Source: Desulfotalea psychrophila LSv54 (GTDB lineage Bacteria; Desulfobacterota; Desulfobulbia; Desulfobulbales; Desulfocapsaceae). From it: a DNA stretch of 32,000 bases. The stretch spans positions 690,001 through 722,000 of the forward strand of contig NC_006138.1 in assembly GCF_000025945.1 (NCBI RefSeq), given 5' to 3'. Under the pieces are notes generated by a model. The model was not told where the DNA came from. It did not search any database and saw only the letters and a list, made by a program, of their open reading frames with translations. Within the stretch, counting starts at the first letter, position 1; every line of letters begins with the position of its first letter. Made by a program: the position numbers and the translations under genes. Positions 17,711-28,759 of the stretch are shown piece by piece.

Positions 17711-17926
17711 TAAACACCAACATATAGAATTTTATCGCTCGCGAGGAAGCATATTTTAAACATAGTCTGAAAAGTAAAAGAATTACATATTGATATATCA
17801 ACAGAAAATCTACTGGATGGAAACCAATTTTAACCCTACTATATATATAAAAAACAACCCTAAAAGAGTTCTTTTTAAATGACAGTTAAGAAACTTAGCT
17901 ACCATAAAGTAAGGATAATGGCAATA

Positions 17927-18499
17927 TTAACAAGTCAAAACCTCTCTGTCCGTGACAATATAATTCATTTTCACATCATGATCTTCTTGTTCAATAATAT
18001 CAAAAAGTTGAAATTGAAAACAGAGCCCTATTTTTTTCATGTTTTGTGCCTTTTCCCCAGATAAAAATCTATCATAAAACCCACCGCCATAGCCCATTCT
18101 CCCACCTCTCCTGTCAAAGAGACTTCCGGGACAAATCACCACATCTATCTCCTCCGCCAAAAGACTATTTTCTTCCATATAGGTAGAGGATGGTTGCGAT
18201 ATTCCATAGGGGCCTTCTTCAAGTAACATCCTAAAATTATTTTCAAAAATTTCTACTGGAATAATTTTTTTATCAACAAGACTAGTCCAGGGAATAGTCA
18301 CTCGAAAACCTCTGGCCAAAAGCTTATCAACAAGCTCAAAAGTTTCCACCTCACCATTGTAACTTAAATAGACAAAGACAGTTTGGGCCTCTGCCAAAAA
18401 ATCAGACAATTTCTGAACAGCTCTCTTACTCTGTTCAAAACGTTCTGCATCTGAAAGATTTTTTCTTTTTATTAACACTTCCCTACGAAGAAGATTCAT
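17927..18499 (-). CDS. 5-formyltetrahydrofolate cyclo-ligase
   Basis: MNLLRREVLIKRKNLS..., VFVYLSYNGEVET, and GYGGGFYDRFL motifs. Start placed at the second ATG (18499). ATGs at 18502 and 18529 are alternatives and would lengthen the overlap with the upstream gene. Confidence 0.85.
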   Translation of the reverse strand: MNLLRREVLIKRKNLSDAERFEQSKRAVQKLSDFLAEAQTVFVYLSYNGEVETFELVDKLLARGFRVTIPWTSLVDKKIIPVEIFENNFRMLLEEGPYGISQPSSTYMEENSLLAEEIDVVICPGSLFDRRGGRMGYGGGFYDRFLSGEKAQNMKKIGLCFQFQLFDIIEQEDHDVKMNYIVTDREVLTC

Positions 18500-19556
18500 C
18501 ATACCCCCAATATTCCATAATATGGTCATGTAAAACAGGTCTAAAAACCTTCATTTTCCGAAGGTTATTGTTAAATAGTGCCCTGTTGGTAAGTAAGATA
18601 ATAATAATATTCTCCTCTAAATCACACCAAAAAGAAGTTCCGGTAAACCCCAGATGCCCCACGGTGTGTTGGCTAAAATATCTCCCCGATGTTGAATAGA
18701 GGCCTGAAGGTGTATCAAAGCCATAAGTCCAGTGACTGCCCTGCTGTCTTTGTAAGAAGAGAAGAAGAACATCCCGTGAACAAAAGGACAAAGTTCCCTT
18801 GCTAAAGTAGCTGTTAACAATACTTTTACACAATTTAAGCAAACCCTTAACTGTGCCAAAAAGCCCCGCATGTCCGGCATAAGAGCCCATACTTCTACAG
18901 TTATCATCATGTACTTGTCCACAGTAATAAACAAAGTTATCAACAATGTTAGATGTTAAAGCACAATTTTCCGGACCCAGATGCTTATTACCTGAAAAAC
19001 AAAAATCCTCCTCCAGCCCCAAAGGGATAGCTATCTCTTCAAACCAAAAATCACAGAGCCTTTTACCAACTTTTTTCTCAATAATATCAGCTAGCAACAT
19101 ATAACCAAGATCGCTATAGATGCTCTCCCCAACTTCTGCCAAAGGCTCTACATACAAAATATTTTCAATCACATACTGCCAACAATCCTCTTTACAGCTC
19201 TCATAAAATTTAACATGAGCAGGCAAACCAGAAGCATGTGACAGTAGGTGACCAATTGAAATATCCCCTTTCTTCCCTGATAAATTTCCATAAATTTCAG
19301 AGAGCCTTGTCCCTAAAGTCAAGAGACCCCTTTCTACCAGACAGGCAATACTCAAAGCTGTAACAAGTGGTTTAGTTAAAGATGCCAGATCATAAAAAGT
19401 ATCCTCAGAAACCAAAAATGTGTTATTATCACCTGTATTCCCACAGTTAACTAAAAAACTTTGCCCCTTCATTCCATGAAAGGCAGCTACTGAAGCGCCA
19501 GAAAAAAGTCCCTCTTTAACCCCTTCAACAAGCAAATCTTTAACCTTTTTATTCAC
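18483..19556 (-). CDS. Serine hydrolase of the beta-lactamase / class C PBP-like family
   Basis: 357 aa, GTG start 7 nt after GGAG. SxxK nucleophile motif (DLASLTKP), YSD (YxN-like) and GHLGFTG (KTG-like) motifs. Confidence 0.8.
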   Translation of the reverse strand: MNKKVKDLLVEGVKEGLFSGASVAAFHGMKGQSFLVNCGNTGDNNTFLVSEDTFYDLASLTKPLVTALSIACLVERGLLTLGTRLSEIYGNLSGKKGDISIGHLLSHASGLPAHVKFYESCKEDCWQYVIENILYVEPLAEVGESIYSDLGYMLLADIIEKKVGKRLCDFWFEEIAIPLGLEEDFCFSGNKHLGPENCALTSNIVDNFVYYCGQVHDDNCRSMGSYAGHAGLFGTVKGLLKLCKSIVNSYFSKGTLSFCSRDVLLLFLQRQQGSHWTYGFDTPSGLYSTSGRYFSQHTVGHLGFTGTSFWCDLEENIIIILLTNRALFNNNLRKMKVFRPVLHDHIMEYWGYDESSS

Positions 19557-19918
19557 TGCCTATCTCCATGAAAGAACATCATTATTTTATTGAAAAATCC
19601 CTATAATTTTACTATAATTGTATTATAATTTTTTAAACATATATATTTGTTTTTACTTGAGAATTTAACAAAATGGAAAATACCTCTTTTTCATTTGTTA
19701 ACAGACTTATCAACAGCTTTTCCACAGGTTTTGTTAAAAGGTAGGTGGAAACACTCTTGATAAACCTGTTGATAACTTTTTCTAAACAATTTCTCTTATT
19801 TTAAGAACAAGAGAGAGTTAATTTTTTATCTAATGATAACAATATGTTAAAAGTCTTATACACATATGAACGGCTATAATAATAATAATAAAAAACAATA
19901 TATATTAAAGGAGTTTTC
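19557..19918. other. AT-rich divergent intergenic region with a cluster of DnaA-box-like 9-mers; candidate oriC and/or DnaA-regulated dnaN promoter
   Basis: Boxes: 19707-19715 TTATCAACA (+), 19718-19726 TTTTCCACA (+, fits TTWTNCACA), 19744-19752 GTTTCCACC (-), 19755-19763 TTATCAAGA (-), 19767-19775 TTATCAACA (-). Flanked by long A/T-only stretches including (ATA)n at about 19876-19891. The gene strand switches here. A perfect TATAAT sits at 19875-19880, 39 nt before the dnaN ATG. Confidence 0.45.
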
Positions 19919-21049
19919 ATGTCTCTGCAGTGTACAGTGTTGAAGCAAGATCTCTTAGAAGGATTAGGTAGCATACAAAACATCACGAATAAAAATGGCA
20001 CTATGGCCATTCTTTTCAATGTCCTTATAGAAACATCAAACGGTGGTCTTACTCTCACTGCTACAGATCTTGAAATAGGCTTGAAAATATTCATTAAGGC
20101 AGAAATTCATGGAGAAGGTTCACTCACCCTTCCTTCAAAGAAAATTTTTGAAATTGTTCGTGAGTCTGGTTCAGAAAAAATATCAATTGAAGAAAAAGAA
20201 AACAGCTGGGTTGTTATAAAAGCAGGACAGAGTACCTACAACCTTGCAGGTATGGCTAGTGATGAATATCCAGAATTTCCAGAATATGACGAGGATAGCT
20301 TTACCGTCTTTGAAAGCTATCTCTTCCAAGAACTCATAGAAAAGGTTATATTCTCTGTAGCCAATGAACAGGAAAACATATACACCCTTACCTCTATTCT
20401 CTTTGAAAAAGAAAAAGAAGGCGATAAGAACTATTTGAAGATGATCTCTTCCGATGGCCATCGACTGTCCATCATGAGAAGGGAAGTTCCTGTTGATTTA
20501 ACTAATTTCAAAGTAAATCCCGTTACTCTTATCCCTAAAAAAGGTGTTCAGGAGTGGAAAAAATTCTGTGATAACAAAGATTCTATCGAAGTTTCTTTTG
20601 AACACGACAAACTTATCCTGCGAAACAATCAGGATGTTATGGTTGTAAGTTTGAAAACAGGAGAATTTCCTCAATACAAGGCCATTGTTGATGCGGTACA
20701 GCTTGAAAATTGTTTAGAAATTCCACGAATACCTTTTCTCGATTCTCTCAAAAGAATCAACCTTTTCACTGAGGATGTCTTTCACACCATCCAGTTGGCA
20801 ATAGATAAAGATTTTATGGTTCTCTCCTCTCAAAATGCTGATCTTGGTAATGCAAAAGATGAGCAGGTTATCGCCTATTCCGGTGAACCCTTAACACTGG
20901 GCTTTAACTGTCGATATTTTATTGATACTCTTCAGGCTATGGAATGTGAAAAAATCAAAGCTTATATCAACTCAAGTAATAGTCCTTGTTTGATTAACTC
21001 TGATGATGATCCAGGATTTACCAGTATCATTATGCCGATGCAGCTCTAA
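19919..21049 (+). CDS. dnaN: DNA polymerase III beta sliding clamp
   Basis: 376 aa with AAGGAG 6 nt upstream. Three-domain length and motifs such as LTATDLEIGL and a C-terminal ...IIMPMQL typical of DnaN. Followed by gyrB. Confidence 0.93.
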   Translation: MSLQCTVLKQDLLEGLGSIQNITNKNGTMAILFNVLIETSNGGLTLTATDLEIGLKIFIKAEIHGEGSLTLPSKKIFEIVRESGSEKISIEEKENSWVVIKAGQSTYNLAGMASDEYPEFPEYDEDSFTVFESYLFQELIEKVIFSVANEQENIYTLTSILFEKEKEGDKNYLKMISSDGHRLSIMRREVPVDLTNFKVNPVTLIPKKGVQEWKKFCDNKDSIEVSFEHDKLILRNNQDVMVVSLKTGEFPQYKAIVDAVQLENCLEIPRIPFLDSLKRINLFTEDVFHTIQLAIDKDFMVLSSQNADLGNAKDEQVIAYSGEPLTLGFNCRYFIDTLQAMECEKIKAYINSSNSPCLINSDDDPGFTSIIMPMQL

Positions 21050-21110
21050 GTTTGCTAAGCAAGGTTTTTTCGTATAACTTATTGAAAGTACGAACGTTTT
21101 ACAATTATAA

Positions 21111-23543
<2,433 letters not shown>

Positions 23544-23575
23544 TAGATCTATTATCCTTACAAGGCATTTGAACC

Positions 23576-23605
23576 CTGGTTATCAACATCTCTGTTGATA
23601 ACCGG
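23576..23605. repeat. 13-bp-stem palindrome in the gyrB-gyrA spacer built from two inverted copies of GTTATCAACA, with no U-tract
   Basis: CTGGTTATCAACA tctc TGTTGATAACCGG, read directly (one G-U position). Followed by AAGGCTCGC, so it is not a canonical intrinsic terminator. Confidence 0.8.
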
Positions 23606-23637
23606 AAGGCTCGCATTCCTCAGAGTATAGAAAGTTT

Positions 23638-26181
23638 ATGACTACAGAAAATGAAGCAGTACAGGAACAATTTCCTCAGATATCCATAGAAAAAGAGCTG
23701 CAAAAATCTTATCTTGATTATGCGATGAGTGTTATCATCGGTCGCGCTCTTCCTGATGTCCGTGACGGTCTTAAGCCGGTGCATCGACGTGCACTTTTTG
23801 CCATGCGCGAACTTGGCATTGCCTATAACAGACCCTATGTAAAGTCAGCCCGTATTGTCGGTGATGTTATCGGTAAGTACCATCCTCATGGTGACACCGC
23901 TGCCTATGATACCATTGTCCGGATGGCTCAGGAATTTTCTCTGCGTTATCCTCTTGTCGATGGTCAGGGTAACTTTGGCTCCCTGGATGGTGATTCTGCG
24001 GCAGCAATGCGTTATACGGAAGCGCGTATGACTCGAATTGATACCGAGATAGTCTCTGATCTTGATAAAGATACAGTTGATTTTGTGCCTAACTACGATA
24101 ACTCTCTCACAGAGCCGTCGGTTATGCCTAGCCGGGTACCTAATCTGCTTATTAATGGTTCCTCTGGTATTGCCGTTGGTATGGCTACCAATATCCCGCC
24201 TCATAACATTGTTGAGGTTATTGATGGTTTGCTGGCCCTAGCCGATGATCCTAACATAACTGTACATGAGTTGATGTCACTTATCACCGGGCCTGATTTT
24301 CCTACCGGTGCCTATATTTGTGGCCGTTCAGGTATTCGTGAGGCCTACGAAACCGGTCGTGGTATTGTTGTTATGCGTGCCCTTACCCATGTTGAAACGA
24401 GTAAGGATGGTAAACGCGAATCTATCATCATCACAGAAATTCCTTATCAACAAAACAAGGCAGTTCTTGTTGAAAAGATAGCTCATCTGGTCAAGGATAA
24501 GAAGATAGAGGCCATCTCTGAGGTACGCGATGAATCAGATAGACACGGTACCCGGGTTGTTATTGAGCTGAAGAGAAATGAAAATTCCGAGGTTGTTATC
24601 AATCAGCTCTATAAGATGACACCTATGCAGAGATCATTTGGTATCATCCTGCTTGCCATTGTTAACAACAAACCTATGATCTTGAATCTTAAACAGATTC
24701 TTGAGCATTTTCTTGTCCATCGAAAGGTTGTTGTTTATAGAAGGACAGCCTTTGAGTTGGGTAAGGCTGAAGAAAAAGCGCACATCTTAGAGGGTTTGAA
24801 TGTAGCAATTAACAATCTCGATGAAGTAGTAACGCTTATCAAAAAAGCGCAAAATCCTCCAGAGGCCAAGACCAATCTGGTCGAGCGTTTTGAGTTGAGC
24901 CCTATTCAGGCTCAAACAATTCTTGATATGCGCCTGCAGAGACTGACTGGTCTTGAGCGTGGTAAGATAGCCAGTGATTACGAGAATGTCCTACAAGAGA
25001 TAACGAGGTTGAAGACCATTTTGGCCGACGAAGCGCTTATTCTTGGCATTATCAAGGATGAATTTTTGGAGATTCGTGAAACCTACGGTGATGAGCGTCG
25101 TACCGTGATAATCGATGCAGTTGATGATCTTCTTCCAGAAGATCTCATCGCTCCGGAGGATATGGCGGTAACGGTTACCCATTCTGGTTTTATTAAACGT
25201 AATCCTGCTGCCCTCTATCGTTCCCAACATCGGGGTGGTAAGGGTGTGAGTGGAGCCAAAAATATTGAGGAAGATTTTATCTCTGATCTCTATGTGGCCT
25301 CTACCTTGGATACCTTTCTCTTCTTTACTAATTATGGCAAAGTCTTCTGGCGTAAGGTTTATCAGTTACCACTGGTGGGACGTACAGCGCGTGGTAAGGC
25401 CATTGTTAATCTGCTTGAATTGGACGAGAGCGAGAAGCTTGCCGCCATTCTGCCTGTAACCTCCTTTGAAGATGAGGATAAGTCTAAGACCATCCTTATG
25501 GTAACCAAGCAGGGACGAATCAAAAAGACCAGCCTGCAGGAGTTCAGACGACCTCTTCGTAAGGGTAAGAGAGCTCTTACTATTAATGAGGGTGATGAAA
25601 TCATCGGTGCCTATCTGCTTAACGGTGATGATACTGTTCTTCTCTGTACCAGTAAGGGTAAGGCAATTCATTTCCATGAGTCAGATGTTCGTACCATGGG
25701 ACGTACTGCAGCTGGTGTCCGGGGAATTACCCTTGGTGAAGACGACGAGGTGGTAAGTGCCATTGTTGCCTCCTCCAATGACTCCATTCTGGTTGTTACT
25801 GAAAATGGATATGGTAAGCGTAGTCCCATTGAGGAGTACCGTATTCAGAAGCGTGGCGGTAAGGGTATCATTGGAATCAAGCAGTCTGAACGTAATGGAG
25901 ATCTTATCTCGGCCAAGCAGGTCAGTGATGAGGAGGAGATTATGATCATTGCCGATTCCGGTAAGATGATTCGAATGAACCTTGAAAATGTGCGGATTAT
26001 CGGTCGAAGCACCCAGGGTGTTCGTCTTATTAACCTTGAGGGAGATGAGAAGGTTGTGAGCATGGATACCGTTGCCCGTGATGAATCAGATCTCGATGAT
26101 GAGGTAGATGGGACAGCAGTAGCTACAACGGAGTTGGCGGCCGATGTAAATATTATTCCCGACGTGTCAGAGGATGAGTAA
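23638..26181 (+). CDS. gyrA: DNA gyrase subunit A
   Basis: 847 aa. QRDR region [13 protein letters not shown], active-site [12 protein letters not shown]-terminal beta-pinwheel repeats and an acidic tail. Confidence 0.97.
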   Translation: MTTENEAVQEQFPQISIEKELQKSYLDYAMSVIIGRALPDVRDGLKPVHRRALFAMRELGIAYNRPYVKSARIVGDVIGKYHPHGDTAAYDTIVRMAQEFSLRYPLVDGQGNFGSLDGDSAAAMRYTEARMTRIDTEIVSDLDKDTVDFVPNYDNSLTEPSVMPSRVPNLLINGSSGIAVGMATNIPPHNIVEVIDGLLALADDPNITVHELMSLITGPDFPTGAYICGRSGIREAYETGRGIVVMRALTHVETSKDGKRESIIITEIPYQQNKAVLVEKIAHLVKDKKIEAISEVRDESDRHGTRVVIELKRNENSEVVINQLYKMTPMQRSFGIILLAIVNNKPMILNLKQILEHFLVHRKVVVYRRTAFELGKAEEKAHILEGLNVAINNLDEVVTLIKKAQNPPEAKTNLVERFELSPIQAQTILDMRLQRLTGLERGKIASDYENVLQEITRLKTILADEALILGIIKDEFLEIRETYGDERRTVIIDAVDDLLPEDLIAPEDMAVTVTHSGFIKRNPAALYRSQHRGGKGVSGAKNIEEDFISDLYVASTLDTFLFFTNYGKVFWRKVYQLPLVGRTARGKAIVNLLELDESEKLAAILPVTSFEDEDKSKTILMVTKQGRIKKTSLQEFRRPLRKGKRALTINEGDEIIGAYLLNGDDTVLLCTSKGKAIHFHESDVRTMGRTAAGVRGITLGEDDEVVSAIVASSNDSILVVTENGYGKRSPIEEYRIQKRGGKGIIGIKQSERNGDLISAKQVSDEEEIMIIADSGKMIRMNLENVRIIGRSTQGVRLINLEGDEKVVSMDTVARDESDLDDEVDGTAVATTELAADVNIIPDVSEDE

Positions 26182-27193
26182 TTTAACTCCATCCATTGCC
26201 GTTATCGGAGCAGGATCCTGGGGTACATCCCTGGCGATCCTGCTGGCCGGTAAGGGCTATCCGGTACGTCTCTGGGGCCATAATAAGGAGCACATTGACA
26301 GGCTTATCAGTGATGGGGAAAACAGTCGGTATTTGCCAGGTATTTCCTTGCCAGAGAGCCTCTATCCTACTCCATCCCTGGAAAAAGCTGTGTTGGGTGC
26401 TCAATTGGTATTGATGGTTGTTCCCAGCCATGTGTTCCGTACAGTTTTTCGGGATTTAATACCATTTTTGCCTATTGATTGTCAGATTGTTTCAGCGGTA
26501 AAGGGTATTGAAAATAGTACCCTTTCCACTATGCATATGGTTATGGCCCAGGAGCTGGCTGCATATCCTGCTCTGGCGCTAATAGAGCTCGGGGTTATTT
26601 CGGGTCCTTCCTTTGCCAAAGAGGTTGCTCAAAAACAGCCAACAGCCGTTACCGTTGGTTTTGCCTCTGCTGATACGGCAAAAAAGGTGCAGGATATTTT
26701 TAGTACCGACTATTTTCGGGTCTATACCAGTACTGATATAGATGGACTAGAGATAAGCGGGGCCTTCAAGAATGTTATGGCGATAGCTGCAGGCATCAGT
26801 GATGGGCTCTCCTATGGAAGTAATGCCCGGGCGGCACTTATCACCCGTGGTCTTGCTGAAATGCAGAGGTTGGGCGCTGCCATGAATGCTGATCCGGCCA
26901 CCTTTGCCGGTCTCAGTGGTCTCGGAGATTTATTGTTGACCTGTACAGGAGACCTTAGCCGTAATCGTAATGTCGGCTTGCAACTTGGCAAGGGCCACTC
27001 CATTGAACATATAGAGAGTGAGATGTTCATGGTGGCAGAGGGAGTGAAGACCACAAAGTCTTTTTATGATCTTGCCCGGAAGTTAGATGTTGAGACTCCG
27101 ATCCTCGATGAGGTCTATCATATCATCTATGAGGGCAAGGATTGTTCGCAGGCGGTACAGGATCTTTTGGGTCGAAAGCTCAAACCTGAATAG
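26174..27193 (+). CDS. gpsA: NAD(P)H-dependent glycerol-3-phosphate dehydrogenase
   Basis: 339 aa. [14 protein letters not shown] Rossmann motif, [21 protein letters not shown]. The ATG overlaps the gyrA 3' end by 8 nt. Confidence 0.95.
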   Translation: MSNLTPSIAVIGAGSWGTSLAILLAGKGYPVRLWGHNKEHIDRLISDGENSRYLPGISLPESLYPTPSLEKAVLGAQLVLMVVPSHVFRTVFRDLIPFLPIDCQIVSAVKGIENSTLSTMHMVMAQELAAYPALALIELGVISGPSFAKEVAQKQPTAVTVGFASADTAKKVQDIFSTDYFRVYTSTDIDGLEISGAFKNVMAIAAGISDGLSYGSNARAALITRGLAEMQRLGAAMNADPATFAGLSGLGDLLLTCTGDLSRNRNVGLQLGKGHSIEHIESEMFMVAEGVKTTKSFYDLARKLDVETPILDEVYHIIYEGKDCSQAVQDLLGRKLKPE

Positions 27194-27216
27194 TAGTTGT
27201 TAAAATGGTTACTAAA

Positions 27217-27250
27217 GGCGAATTGTTGATAACAATTCGCCTTTTTTTTA
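27217..27250 (+). terminator. Intrinsic terminator after gpsA
   Basis: GGCGAATTGTT gat AACAATTCGCC (11-bp stem) followed by T8. The stem-loop contains a TGTTGATAAC motif copy. Confidence 0.85.
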
Positions 27251-27328
27251 AGCATTTTTCTGATAGAAGCGCACTGTTTTTTGCAGTTTTTTCCCATAGC
27301 TGAATAAGTTATCAACAGGTTTTTTTGT

Positions 27329-28144
27329 TTAATACGACTGAATGCCAAATTTAAGAAGCAGGCGAGGGAGAACATTGTCAAGATTGAGGACATCCTTATC
27401 TCCGAGTTCAATAAGGTTGAAATTATACTTATTGTAAATATCCTGTTTCTTTGTTTTGCGCTGAAGGTATTTCTGATCATTTTCATAGCCCTAGTATTCT
27501 ATGTAAACCTTACCGGTAGGGATATAAAAATCGGAGTAGACGTCTTCTTCTATGGGAAGTTTTCGTTCATAGGAGTGAACTATTTCTGCCATATACAACC
27601 AGTTATCTATTAACATTTCAGCTTTAGATCGAACAAAGTGACCATCAGTTGCTCTGTGCTCAACCTTAAATTTTTCCCGAAAATCATTATCTTGTGTATT
27701 TACTGGATCAGAAGAAGGTGCTTTTTCTCCCTGTATATCCTTGATTGTGTTATTTAGAATATTAGATTTTAAAATCATTTCAGGCCATCTGACATAGGGA
27801 ATACCTGTCCTTTTGTCTTCATCTTGCAGACCTCCATGCTGTATTCCTTGTGGAGTTGTTTTCCAGCCCTTCATAACTTTATATACCCAGCCTAGCTCTG
27901 AGAGGATAAAATTCATTTTTTTTGCTGAAATATTATATTTTTTGCCGATGGCTGTCGTTGTAAGAAAGACTTTTTTTTCTGTATTTTTATCTAGTTTTAA
28001 ATCTATATTTTCGGGCCAGGTTATATATTTCCCATATTGTGCACTTGTTTTAAATTTCCCCCCTGCATCTACACCTAAATTGGTAAGGGACCAAAATTCG
28101 CCTTTTTTTTCTATCAAGCCTTTGCTTACAAGGATGATAAACAT
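27329..28144 (-). pseudogene. Decayed gene: two tandem about 45-aa wHTH-like repeats plus a C-terminal restriction-endonuclease-like (helicase IV N-terminal-type) domain, interrupted by an in-frame TAG at 27491-27493
   Basis: The 217-aa ORF ends ...SDFYIPTGKVYIEY*. The same frame continues open for 53 more codons: GYENDQKYLQRKTKKQDIYNKYNFNLIELGDKDVLNLDNVLPRLLLKFGIQSY, stopping at 27329-27331. The TAG sits where a Trp (TGG) is expected in an IE(Y/H)(W/F)G-type motif. N-terminal repeat similarity continues upstream of the ATG as far as a stop codon, suggesting 5' truncation as well. Confidence 0.65.
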
Positions 28145-28368
28145 ATCTTTAGAAGTGATATCATTTTTTCCATATTGGTTTTAACCTGTTGTTTATAAGA
28201 AGGGATGGAATATATTCTAACTAGTTATAGCTATTGCGGAAGCTGTTTTCAATAGGGCTTTTTGGTTCAGTACAGTTCTATTTCGTGAGAATCAGCGGGG
28301 GTGCGAGGAATCTATCAGCTCTGTTTTATAAGTGGATGGGGGAGAAAGTTATGAACAAGGTTGTTGAT

Positions 28369-28408
28369 AAAAAAGGGCGTGTCCATAATGGACACGCTCT
28401 TTTTTTTT
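28369..28408. terminator. Bidirectional intrinsic terminator
   Basis: Stem GGGCGTGTCC / GGACACGCTC with a 5-nt loop. T9 on the plus side, an A-run (U6 on the minus transcript) on the other. It lies 35 nt downstream of the small minus-strand ORF. Confidence 0.8.
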
Positions 28409-28442
28409 GCGGATAGGCGCAGCAGGCGCTTGCTGAATCAGC

Positions 28443-28604
28443 CTAAGCTTTTTCCTGATCAGCCCGGTGCAGATCAGCCAGATGGTTTTGCATACTGAGG
28501 AGGAGGAGTCTGGCGCTATAATCTTCGGGGTTTTTCTTAAAGTTTTCCTGTGACTCAGCCAGTATAAGCTCAGCCTGTTCTATCTGTTTCTGCAGGGAAT
28601 CCAT
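28443..28604 (-). CDS. Hypothetical 53-aa helical protein (below the ORF-track cutoff)
   Basis: Manual translation: MDSLQKQIEQAELILAESQENFKKNPEDYSARLLLLSMQNHLADLHRADQEKA. AGGA lies about 9 nt upstream of the ATG, and a dedicated terminator lies immediately downstream. I recognise no homology. Confidence 0.4.
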   Translation of the reverse strand: MDSLQKQIEQAELILAESQENFKKNPEDYSARLLLLSMQNHLADLHRADQEKA

Positions 28605-28759
28605 TTGTCTTTTTCCTTATGTTGATAAGTGAGTAATGCTCCTATAATTATTGAAAATAATCAAAAATAAAGAAAAGACAAAGGCAAAACCTTGAGGTAG
28701 AGGTATCTGCCGTCCCGATGAATTTCTGTTCTTCATTTGTGCAGTTATATTCATCATCA

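Noticed and set aside
17711-17926. Possible 6S RNA (ssrS) next to the 5-formyl-THF cyclo-ligase gene, by analogy with E. coli ssrS-ygfA
   Set aside because: In E. coli ssrS lies upstream of ygfA, whereas here the upstream neighbour overlaps the ligase gene. The 216-nt downstream gap is very AT-rich and shows no long closing stem or central-bubble architecture that I can recognise.
19801-20094. 97-aa minus-strand ORF spanning the AT-rich gap and the dnaN 5' end
   Set aside because: It overlaps the dnaN start and the origin-like region, its translation is low-complexity (YYYY, FVMF), and it has no RBS.
21052-21076. Possible terminator or attenuator after dnaN (TTGCtaaGCAA followed by a T6 run)
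   Set aside because: The stem is only 4-5 bp, too weak to call, and dnaN-gyrB are probably co-transcribed.
27127-27486. 119-aa minus-strand ORF downstream of the nuclease-like ORF
   Set aside because: It is in a different frame from the convincing continuation of the interrupted gene. It runs through the gpsA terminator into the gpsA 3' end, and its translation looks random.
28234-28416. 60-aa plus-strand ORF, and a nested 21-aa ORF starting at the ATG at 28351
   Set aside because: It runs straight through the terminator hairpin and T-run. The longer form starts with a non-ATG codon without an SD, and nothing supports coding.
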